64,000 bases of DNA, taken from the NCBI GenBank assembly GCA_002269645.1, contig NIVC01000108.1, forward strand, positions 496,001-560,000, written 5' to 3'. This DNA is from Macrostomum lignano. Its lineage: Eukaryota. Below the pieces are notes generated by a model. It was not told where the DNA came from. It searched no databases and saw nothing but the letters and a program-made list of their open reading frames with translations. Of this stretch, positions 10,547 to 21,871 are shown piece by piece (positions within the stretch are counted from its first letter, which is position 1; every line of letters begins with the position of its first letter). The position numbers and the translations under genes are program-made.

Positions 10547-12266
10547 ATGTCGTTGTGTGCCCGCTGCCCTGAGAATTCGTCTATGTCCAAAGCCCCTAGA
10601 GTCTGTTCATACAGCTGCAGTGAAGAGAGACGTGGAGGCATCGGACTAGAGCTGAGATTAGCTGCACTGATAGCTTATTTTGACGGCAACATGATCAATT
10701 TCAGTAAGATAGCAACAGGCGATATTAGTGGCCTGGCTAATTCTGATCTGCAGTTTATATCTCGACTGTCCATGCATGCAGAATCAACGGTAGATCAATT
10801 CACTGGGCTGCCGGTCCTGGACCACGAGGAGGTCGAAGAATTCCTGAATTCCGCTATTGATCCGGAGTGTTCGCTACGAGACTTGGATGCGAAAGAACTT
10901 CAAAACATTAAGGACACCGAGGCATCCTCAAAGTCGCCTTCGACATTGGCTACTACTCGGAACCACATTGAACGACTTAAGAAGTTCCTCCGCGAGAAGA
11001 AACTGCCTGGGGACATTGAGCGCATGCCACTGCGTTATGTCGACAGCTATTTGCGCCTCTGGTATGTAAGTTTGAAAGGAAATCCTGCCGTGGGGACAAA
11101 GACATATGCACCGGATACGATCCGGGGCTTCAGAGCCAGCGTGCACAGGTACATGACATGACATGACATAGAGTGCATCGACATGGTTCAAACGGGTCCT
11201 GAGAAGACTTTGACTGCGGCTAGTATTCAGCAATGTTCAACCACTGACGTCATTGGGAATGAGCAATTTCGCCTGAGCAATGAAACCTACTCGTGCGTCC
11301 TGCGTTTGAGTTGCCAGTTGAGGGAGCGAACCGTTGGAGACCAACGAGGATTCAAGGCCATCACGGATTCCGACTTGTCCTGCTGAGTGCGTACTTCAAC
11401 CGAAGGGACCCGGAGCGACTGCAAGACGAAGTGTTTTTTAACATTGTCTACCACTTTGGCTTCCGAGGTCGAGAATGGATAAGGGACCTGAAGGTATCCT
11501 CACTGCGGTTCTGCGAGCACGAAGGTGTAGAGTGCATCGACATGGTTCAAACGGGTCCTGAGAAGACTTTGACTGCGGCTAGTATTCAGCAATGTTCAAC
11601 CGGAAAGCAAACGAGGATGTTCAGTACTGGTGGCTCAAAGTGTCCAGTTGAGGCAGTGCAACTGTATCTCGCCAAATTCCCACCTGGTGTGGAGGCACTT
11701 TTTCCAAAGCCCATAAAGGTTCGTGCTGATTCTGATGTCTGGTACTCGGCCAAGCAGGTCTTGAGGAAGAACACGCTCAATGACATGATGAAGAACATCT
11801 CGCGGCGTGCAGGTCTTCAGTTTGCCAGTGTTGTAACCTACTTGGCAGAAGCTGGGCACAGTGTGAGAGAAATCAAGACTGTTACAGGTAACTTGTCTCC
11901 TGTTATGTTAATCATCTAAGTGCTTGTGTTCCACTTGCGCCCATTAAATAACAGTTCAGTACCTTGCCCCCTCCCACTTTACCAGGCCATCGCACTGATG
12001 CTGCAGTTGACCGCTATGTGAAAAGGATTTCTGAGAAGAGGAAACAGTAAATTTCAAATTCGCTTACGAGTGCTCTGCACGGAACTGTGTCGGAGACTGA
12101 GGCCACCTCCTCAAAGCGTATGGTCGTCATTGAGACTTCAGAGGCTAGCAACATCAATCAAAGACCGAACGCTATCCCAGCCGTGAGGCAATCATGCGAC
12201 CCAAACGACCTCAAGCCTACCGCTGTACTGGAAAAGGATGGCGTCCGACTTAGTTTCTTCATTTAG
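10547..12266 (+). pseudogene. Crypton-type tyrosine recombinase (DUF3504-like), degenerate, one intron
   Basis: YAPDTIRGFRASVHRYM, LQDEVFFNIVYHFGFRGRE (catalytic Arg), KCPVEAVQLYLAK, KNTLNDMMKNIS, and IKTVTG|HRTDAAVDRY across GT-AG intron 11888-11985 (His/Tyr motif). There is a frameshift near 11378 and a premature TAA near 12048. Confidence 0.85.
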
Positions 12267-12514
12267 TGGACTATAGACTAACGTGGAGTATTAAAGGAAC
12301 TCATCTGGTCACATGCAGCCATTGCACACGCTATGTATACGTGACATATCGGTTGTACTTTTAATGCCATGTTCATAAGTTTCACTTTGTACTTTTCAAG
12401 TTTAATCGCAAAAAAATACAAAAAATTCTTGCGTTACAAACGTTTACGCTTACGCCATAGACAAAATCTGCGGGCAACACTGACGATTCCTTAGGCCGTC
12501 TTGCCCGCGAAATT

Positions 12515-15500
12515 GTGACACAACTGGAAATTCGTTTGAAGCTCAGTCAGAACGTGAATTTAGAATTTTTGCAGCTGCTGCAGACACTGCTTCACGAATG
12601 CAATGGATACATCCGCAGCTTGCGAACGGCAGCTTTGCGGATAGTTGAAGATCCAGAGCTTGTAGATGCGCGAATCGTGGTTCATTCGGAACGTCGACCC
12701 ACTGGTGAACACATTCGGTGAGTTGATTTGAACATGTATGTTTAGGAAACTACGCTTTTCCTAGAGGATGTGAACTTAAGGCGTGATTTGGAAGCCGTGA
12801 GTCCAGCAACCAAACCGCTGCAAAATTCTCACTATTCAGACCCAAAATAGACAAGAAAAGCGTAATTGATCTTTCTTCCACCCCGGCCGCTTCCGCATGG
12901 GATAAATGGGGAAAAATGGGTATTTCATGTGAACTTAAGGCTCTGAAATGGAAGCGGTGGCCAATTGAGCCGGTTTCTCTATCGAGATGTAGTGATGTAG
13001 TGATCCTTGACCACCTCCCAAAAGACTTCACAAGCGCGGCGCGCAAAAATGTTGAAATCGTTTTCTATGGCTTCAAAGCTGACGCCATGGCGGAGTTTTT
13101 TGAGGTAAAGAAATACTCTGTTCTCTTGACTTAGAAATCTAGTGCGTACTAAGCCAGAGATGAGGCTTTTGAAGCTGTCGAAGTTCTGCCGAGACATTCC
13201 GACGACTTTCTCAAAGCGCTTGTCTGCCAAAAGTTCAGGAAAAAGATTCGGATTAAAAAACTTTTTAATCTTGGTTGGAGAACGCTGCAGCGCATCTCTC
13301 ACATCTGCGAATGACTTGCAGGAGCCAAAGGAAGTTGCTTCCTTTAAAACCGAACACCTGGTTGTCTGCTGATGTTTCTTGAGGTTGAATTCAGTGCTGA
13401 ACTGTTTACCACATCGATGGCATGCCCAGTCCATGACAAAGCTAAGTTACATAGATTGAAAAATGAAGGAAACAATGAGCCGCAAGAGTCGATCAGAAAA
13501 TGTGCATCACCAAATTATTTCACGCATAGATTTCGAAATATAAATGGCTAATGGTCACGCACTTTAGAGTCCAGCATGCTGTCTTGAAGGCTACTGACAA
13601 GCATTTTTGACAGATAAAATACCTTCTGCCCAAATACTTTAACACTTTTATAATGATAATAGCAGTATTATTAACACACTCAGCGTCGGCCATGCAAATG
13701 TACATGCAGTGCACATATGGGTCCGGGATTCAGATTGCGTAATCGATACTTAAATGCTCGTTGCCCAGCAAAAAGAAAGTTCAAGGTGTCAGGGCAATAA
13801 AAAGTGGAGAACACTCATTATAAAATGATATTGGCTAGCCAAGAATTACGTCGGCCCTCGATATAATGAGGATTTCAACATTAGGTCCATAAGATTTAGG
13901 CATATGATTACAAAGGCAGAGCACGATCGGCATCTCTGTCAGCCTATCTTGCCTACTAATGTATAATCCCATCAGTACTCGAAATATGGCATGTAAAAAA
14001 TCATCAACGAAGAGGGATGCGGTTTTCAACGATTCTTTTCTCATTGTCGGTCCAGTAGAGAGATCCGATAGAGAAACCGGCTCAATCGGCCACCGCTTCC
14101 ATTTCAGAGCCTTAAGTTCACATGAAATCCCCATTTTCCCCATTTATCCCATGCGGAAGCGGCCGGGGTGGAAGAAAGATCAATTACGCTTTTCTTGTCT
14201 ATTTTGGGTCTGAATAGTGAGAATTTTGCAGCGGTTTGGTTGCTGGACTCACGGCTTCCAAATCACGCTTAAGTTCACATCCTCTTTGTATAAATTCCGT
14301 GATCCATCTATTTTTTAAACAAGGCACTACAATTTGCCCACGGAAAGCGAGGTTGGCATCTTAATTGTTCAGGATGCTGATGATACTGCGACTGGACGTG
14401 ATGTCGTTATTCAACAGCGGGGAGGTGCTCTGCACCGCATAAGCAATACTCATCGATCATATGATCCGCTCGAGTATGTGCTGTTGTTTCCGTACGGAGA
14501 GGACGGTTGGCATCCCAAACTGAAAATGAGTAATGGCGCCAAGCTAACGCCGATGAAGTACTATGCCAGTGAAATAATGGTGCGAGAGGGACAAATTAGC
14601 CTGCTACATTATGGGCGAAGACTGGTTCAACAGTACTTGTGAATATGTGTGCAAAGATCGAATCAGAGAGGCTGCTATATCTTAGAACCCATCAGAATGA
14701 CCTTCGCAGTGAGACCTACAGTGGTCTACGGGATTCCCTATTTGCTGCTGATGGCAGATCAATTGACAACGATCCAACTCAAATCGGCAAACCTGCCCAT
14801 GTACTTCTGTCCTCAAGTTTTGTTGGTGGGCCAAGATACCTCATGGAGCGGCTGCAAGACGCAATGACATATGTGCACAAGTACGGAAAGCCGGATCTGT
14901 TTGTTACGACCACCTGTAACCCGAAATGGCCGGAGATCGGAGCGCATCTGCTGCCTGGACATCGTCCCGACATCGTTACTCGCGTTTTTTAGCTTAAAAA
15001 AGCGGCTTTGATTGCCGAGCTCAAAAAGCATTTTGGAAAGAGATCGGCGCACGTTTGTTCCTTAGAATACCAGAAGAGAGGTGATCATTTTGTTAGTTTG
15101 TTTAATACGAGCGAGAAACCAACTCAGCTAGCCCGCAGACATAAAACCCCCCCGAGGGAGGGGGGTGGGCGCAAGCCGGGGGGTGCGGTGTACACAAACG
15201 CCGGTTAGTGCTGGCCGCACAAACCAGTTCATTATTATAATTCTTTCAAATCATTCAAGTGTCCCTCACGTGCACTTCTTACTCTGGCTTGTGAGTGGTC
15301 AACGAGTGACTCCAAATCGTTACGATGAGATCGTGTCTGCAGAAATCCCGAATCCAAGGAGACACCCAGTGTTATACGAGCTTGTGAAGACCCACATGAT
15401 ACATGGCCCCTGTGGCAAGGAGAATCGGGCTTGTCCATGTATGGAAAATGGCCAGTGCAGTAAGGGCTTTCCGAAAGAATTCCAACAGGTGACGCTGACA

Positions 15501-18500
15501 AGTGATACTGGATACCCAGTGTATCGCAGGCTAGCCCCTGCGATGGGCGGCTTTACGGTAGAAAAGCAATTCAGAGGTCGGTCCATTTGCATGGACAATA
15601 GGTGAGCGAGTTCAAATATTCAATTTATTGTTGTGTCAATGACTATGCGCACGACTTATTGACTTTTTACTTACCCTACGAAATCATTCGCCTGTTACTT
15701 TGGAGCTTCTTGTTCATTCATGTGAAGTGTGTTTTCCATAGGAGACAAAAAAGTTAGTTTTTTATAGAAAAATTCCCTATTATGTCCTATTATAAAATCT
15801 TATATGTACAGCATTTCAGGTACAAAAATGAATATGGAAACACAAGTTTGTTTTTTTATTGTTCATACATATGTTCACATATTTAAACGTATACATCAAT
15901 TTGAAACAGGTGGGTTGTGCCATATAATCCGGATCTCCTGCTACAGTTTCAATGTCACATAAACGTTGAAGTATGCGCCACCGTAAAGTCAGTCAAGTAT
16001 GTGATCAAGTACTTGCTGAAGGGCGGTGACATGGCAACTTTCACCGTTGATGGCAATAGGAACTCAATCGGGCGGCAAGATCAAGCTGAGATTAGAACAC
16101 AACCGACGCCTCAAACACTAAAGACTGTGCCAAACAATGTAAATGATCAAGGAGTACTTGTCTGCACGTTATATTGGTCCAATGGAAGCAGTGAATACAA
16201 TTTTGGGCTTTCCAGTAAATACTTTTTCTTATGTTTGACATTGTGTGCATTTGTGCGATTATATTGCACTAATCCCATTTGCTGTCCTCTTATTTCCATT
16301 TTGCATTTACAAATTTTTTTGCTATTTAACAATTACGTATGTATTGTCTTTTATGTAACTCTTGACTCAGGTGCATGACAGGTTTCCAGCAGTCATTCGT
16401 CTGTGTGTTCATAAGTCAAACGAGCAGCTTGTTTACTTCAACGAGGAAACTGCGAGAGCTAAAGCAAAGGTGCCGAGGGACTCGACGCTGACAGCCTTCT
16501 TTAAGCTCTGTGACACTGATACATTTGCTAAGCACTTGCTGTACACGGAGGTGCCGCCCTACTTTGTGTGGAACACTCGTGAGAGGGAGTGGAGTCGTGG
16601 CCGATTTGGTACAAAAGTCGACGGACACCCTGGTGTACTGGGGAACAAAAATATTGCGCGTATGTACACAGTGAGTCCGAGAGCTGGAGATCTGTTTTAT
16701 GTACGCATGCTTCTTTCGAAGGTTGCAGGGCCGACCAGTTTTAAGTCCCTTCAAACTGTGGATGGTGTGTTTCATCCGACTGCCAAGGCTGCTTGCATGG
16801 CACTTGGCCTTCTGCAAAGAGGTGATCACTGGCGCCGGTGTTTAGCCGAGGCTGTCCAGTCACGAATGCCAAAAGCATTAAGGCACTTGCTGGCTGTCAT
16901 TCTCATATGGGGCGACCCTGGTGAAGGCAGCGGCCTATGGAGCACATTTTGTAGTGATCTGTGCGAGGATCTGAGCTTCCACAACCAAAGCAAAAGAGCT
17001 GAGGAGATTACTAACATGGCACTGTGCGATATACAAAGCATGCTGACCTCCATGGGCGGCAAAAGCCTGTCTGATTACGGCCTACCTGCTGTTTCTGTAA
17101 CGTCTGAAGCTGGACCGATGCACTTCGATCCTGTCGAACAAGCCGAAATTTCAGCGGCGCTACTACCAATGCTGACAGATGAGCAAAGAGTTGTATATGA
17201 GTCAGTAACCGCAGATATTTTAGCTGGCTCAGGAGGCTTCCACTTTTTAGATGCGCCCGCTGGTACGGGGAAAACCTTCTTATTGGAGACTATTTTGGCC
17301 TTCGTGCGCAGCCGGGGTGAAGTTGCTCTTGCCGTTGCAGCGTCGGGAATTGCAGCCACTTTGCTTCCAGGCGGACAGACGGCACATTCTACGTAATTAT
17401 TTTTTTGAAAAACAAATATTCTCAATTTTATAAAAAAATTATTCAATTTCATGGTGACTTTTTTGCTCCTCGTGTGCATGTAAAAAAAACTTTTATTTCG
17501 TTCCCATCAGATTCAAGATCCCGATCCGACTACTTCGTACTAACAATGATGTTTGTGCTGTCGGAGCGCAATCGAAGAAGCAAGCTGCTGTGTTTCGGAG
17601 CGTCCGCCTAATAGTTTGGGACGAAATCTCAATGACAAACAGGCAGGACTTGGAGGCTGTCGATCGTTGCCTGCGAGACGTGCGAAGGCAAGAGATACCT
17701 TTCGGTGGAGTGGTGTTTGCGTGCGCGGGTGACTTTTGCCAGCTTCTACCAGTGGTGCAGAAAGGCACCCGAGCAAACAATGTTATGGCGTGTGTAAGCA
17801 GATCAAGGCTGTGGAATTTATTTAAGCGGCATCGTCTAACGAAGAACATGTGACTGCTGAGAAATTCAGATCCAGAAATCTATCATGCGTACACGAATCT
17901 TCTAATTCAGGTGAGTTTGCATCTTTATGCAGATTTTAAGATGGAAAATAGACTATGCCTCTTCGGCGCTATAAAATATCTTTGTAACTCTTTCAGATTG
18001 GATCTGGGACAATAGAGCAAGACGCGGAGGAAAATGTGTCCCTTCCGGCGGAAATTGTTACTCCTTCAGAAGCTTTGCTGACCGACTTGATTCGATTCGT
18101 GTACCCCTCGTTTGAATCGTCAGCAGAGAGAGAGGGTTCGCAAGCCGAGCAATCCTGGCACCGCACAATGATTCTGTCGATACTATCAATGAGACGTGCT
18201 TAGGCATGTTTCCGGGTAACAAGAAAGAGTACCGATCAATCGATAGCGTAGCTGATGATGATGCTGCTACGCACTTCCCTCCCGAATTACTAAACCAGCT
18301 GGATGCTCCGAATTTTCCAAGGCACCAGCTCAATTTGAAGGTTGGAATGCCAGTAATGCTTCTACGAAACATTAACCCACCACGGTTGTGCAACGGTACA
18401 CGAGTGATAGTACTTGATATGTTCGAAAATGTGCTGCGGTGCAAGATTGCTGCCGGCCAATTCACAGGAGACGTGATCCTACTGCCCCGAATTCCGTTGG

Positions 18501-18817
18501 TTCCAAGCAATGCGAACCTACCCATCAGCTTTAGGCGGCTACAGTTTCCAGTGAAGCCTAGCTTCTGCTTAACAATCCACAAATCACAGGGACAGTCGCT
18601 GGATACTGTTGAAGTAGACTTGGAAGTCGGCTGCTTCACGCAGGTCAATTGTATACAGCATTATCACGAGCGAAAAACGCAGCGAATATCCGCATTCGAA
18701 CATCTGAAAACAAAACAAGAAACGTCGTTTATCCAGAGGTTCTCAGTGAATGCCAAGAGCATGAAAAGTAATAAAAGTTATTTCAAAAAAACAACTATAT
18801 GTAATTATAACATATAA
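12515..18817 (+). pseudogene. Second Helitron RepHel (HUH endonuclease + PIF1 helicase), multi-intron, 5'-truncated and degenerate
   Basis: Approximate exons: 12515-12717, 14324-15080, 15259-15601, 15911-16050, 16371-17392, 17510-17910, 17997-18750. Rep motifs PDLFVTTTCNPKW, EYQKRG/PHVHFLLW, DNR|WVVPYNP, VKYVIKYLLKG. Helicase motifs APAGTGKT, WDEISM, GDFCQLLPV, LTKNM*, NGTR, TIHKSQGQSL. Several stops and frameshifts. Confidence 0.93.
12763..14285 (-). mobile_element. Long-inverted-repeat DNA element with a C2H2 + HTH transposase fragment (ISL2EU/PIF-Harbinger-like), inside a Helitron intron
   Basis: Inverted repeats at 12763-12984 and 14066-14285, nearly identical, with the internal motif ATGTGAACTTAAG repeated. 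ORF 12979..13434(-) has CHRCGKQF..LKKH and LSQENRVFLYLKKLRHGVSFEAIENDFNI, which resembles HTH_Tnp_4. No intact DDE and no clear TSD. Confidence 0.7.
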
Positions 18818-19472
18818 CTATATGTAAGCACAGTATCTTTACGATGCCTTACGATTTCATAACTTTGAAATGTAGCAGTGTATTTTCACATTAAATGTGG
18901 AGGTGATTTAGAGAAAATCAAAGTATAGGCTGTCTGTCTATGGTTGAAAAGCGTGCCTTCGTTCGCTACCTGTCACAAAAATCCCATATTAAACTTTGTA
19001 AAGGGGAGAAATAGACTGTGCAAAAGCCTCATAATCCGCTAGAACTATATACGGCAAGAAATAATATACGGTTTATTCGACACAATCTTCAATGGCTCAA
19101 CTACTAGCAAGCGTTTCGAAAGGAGCTCAAACTGGCCGAGTTGTTGCCCGAATTTTGCAGCGAAGCGAGGTAAGTTACATGCCGGGGCTACATTTTTAGC
19201 ATTTTTGTACAAATACGATTGCTTTAAATGAATAATTTATAATCGTATCTTAGTAGCATGTAGCTAAGCATATCATTCCTACTTTTTATATAAAAAACTT
19301 TCAAACTGCCAGAGGAAACGGAGAACTATTCTCGACGTTAATTTCCGACGAAAGCGATGAAATTCGTGCCGTATTCTTTGCAAAATGTTTGGCCGATGTT
19401 TGGGAAACTTGCTCAGAAAAAAAAACTGTTTCCCGTTTATTGAGTTGATTCCCGTTTTAACGCCTCCACAAA

Positions 19473-20395
19473 TCCCTGGAGCTGAGGGTTGATCTGGAGC
19501 GCGGGGCGACGGTGGTTACTTCGCCGACAACGGTCAATGGAACACCGAAGTTCAACTTCCGCAAGATCAAGGATCTGTCCGAAGTTGGAAATGGGTATGT
19601 TGGCATGCTTTTATAGAATAAGAGTGTTATGTTTTCAGGTTACTTCAATATGCTTAAGGCATTAATTATTAGTGCTGATATCCTAGCAGACTTTTCCGCG
19701 GCTCCAAGGTTCTTTGTCTTGCTCTTATTTCTCTTTATTTCACATTCTCACAGCGGGCTTTTAACCCAAGCTTGTTTTGCAGCTTCACTTAGTCCATAGA
19801 TAAAACAAAACGCGTCAAACTGCATATGCAATAATAAATAATATCTATATTATAGTCACGTCATATCAAAGAGCATTTTTAAATATAAGCTTTCAAAATC
19901 GGTCTTGACTTTCTTTATAATATATGTATGATAACATCCTTCAGTTCAATAGTTGACATCGTGGGTGTCGTCTGTGCGACAGATGTTGGCAGAAAAATTG
20001 TTACTAAGAAGGGCGAATCAACGCTGAAGTCAACCATTACAATGGCAGACGACTCGGGTGCCAAAGTTGCCTGTTCCTTCTGGGGTGCCAGGGCGGAGCT
20101 GGTGTCCGACTGGGTGACAGGCAAAGTCGTAGCCATGAAAGGTGCCCGAACAACCAACTACGATGGTCTTACGCTAAATGCGACAATGGCTCTTATTGTG
20201 TTCGAATCTGAGGTGGCCGAGTACGGTGGCGTTTTGCGCACTTGGTGGGACTCAAGAACATCAATCAACGCGGAGCCTCTACTGCCTGCAAGCCAAGCGT
20301 CCTCACTTCGATCGAACCATCTAAGAATTGAAGTTCCGCTTCACATTACGCATATATGCGTTCGGTGGGGCAAATGTGAGGTATTCATTCTCTGA
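19473..20395 (+). pseudogene. RPA70-like OB-fold (DBD-A/B linker and DBD-B), spliced, downstream of the Helitron helicase
   Basis: Exon ~19473-19594 (PKFNFRKIKDLSEVGNG), GT-AG intron 19595-19944, then SIVDIVGVV..KSTITMADDSGAKVACSFWG..VVAMKGARTTNYDG..LRTWW. This aligns by eye with RPA1 SLVDIIGIC..LMDTSGKVVTATLWG..VLAIKGARVSDFGG..LRGWF. Confidence 0.8.
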
Positions 20396-21420
20396 AATAT
20401 GTTCGACAAAAACACATTATATTATATATATAGTCAAGTGTTAATTAAGTGTAAAATTAACAAGTGTTAATTTTTTCACTTTGTAGAAAACATTCGCGCT
20501 GTCGAATGAGTTTCAATCGCAGTAAGTCATGTTTTCACTGATATTCATATTTTGTTTCATATTTCATTACTACCTTCATTTATACTCGTAATTTCATATT
20601 ATTTCATTCCGTATCATTAGGTTGTTTAACAATGTGTCTTTACAGGCGACATGACGAGCACGTCCGCTTCCCTGGTGGAGAGGGAGATGGTTAACCTGCT
20701 GTGTATATGGGAGTTGCTCATAACAACAACGCGAAGGTTTGGTACTTTCTGAATGACGCATTACGTATGTTGATGTTATATTCCATAGTTTCTTAACTTT
20801 CTTGCTGAGTACTGACAGTTTTCGCCCTGTTAATTTAAAAGAGTTTCCACCTAAGAGTAAGATGCACAGTTAAATTACTTGGTATTCGGTATTTCAGCCA
20901 GTGATGAACCAGGTTGCCTAATCAGACTGTTGCCACCTAAATTTTTAAAGTAAGTTGATTAATTTACCATGCCATCCGTTAAAACATACATATTAAATCG
21001 ACCTAACTGTAAAACATAAGTTTGCGTCCCACGTTCCATATGAAACGAATCAAAATAATTGGTTAGACTCAACTCTTAACTGTCATTTTTATGGCACCGC
21101 CAGAAGACAGAAGAAATTTTATAGGAATCCAGCCTTCTGATAATGAGGGGTAAGGTAGTGATGAGCAAGTGAAACTTGGACAAGTTTTAGTGAAATATTG
21201 GGTGTAACTTGATTGAGACACCAGCTTTATGACGTTGATCGTAAAATTAAGTACGGTGAACCAACTCGTTTCCTGAACATCGGCAGATAAAAAGTATGGA
21301 GAAGCAACTTGAACATACATGTATATATTACGGGCTATATAGCCCATAGCCCATGGCTGATTTTGATTGTCCTGAATTTTCTGAGCTTTATTTGTGTTGC
21401 TGACATAATATATAACGTAA

Positions 21421-21871
21421 TCTTCTATAATCTATAAATATACTAAAGCTGAGACCGTCGTGTACATATGTGTGTTTTTGCGTGTATTATATAATATAAT
21501 ATAATAAATAACAGCCACGAATAAAAATTTGGTGTGCAGATGCAATTCCCATTGTTTATGGTCAATGCTTCCGCCTTAAGTTCATATGCTTATGGGAGAG
21601 GGTAGCATTCTTTTTAACTGTTACATAGTCAATTGGAGGGGATTTATCTCAAAAATCATGCGACGATATCATTTATGAGAATTTCGAGGTTTTTAAAAGC
21701 TTTTTCTATGAATAAAGATGAGGTCCGTGAGATTAAATATCTTAAAGCTGTGTGTCTTAATTGTAATGGTAAGTAACTTGCAGACAAGTTCAATCTTAAC
21801 AAACCAGCTGGAATAAATGAGTTTTTTCACTGTTGGTTGAAGTCCCCCGAAGGGGGGCATTAGATTGCTAG
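21421..21871 (+). mobile_element. Non-autonomous Helitron A (~450 bp)
   Basis: A|TC 5' end (TCTTCTATAATCTATAAATATACTAAAGCTGA), hairpin CCCCC-GAA-GGGGG at 21844-21856, and CTAG|T 3' end at 21868-21872. Confidence 0.75.

Noticed and set aside
15121-15230. C-run/G-run hairpin with CTAG on the minus strand inside a Helitron intron, as another Helitron 3' end
   Set aside because: CTAG is not followed by T, the stem is imperfect, and no matching 5' end was found.
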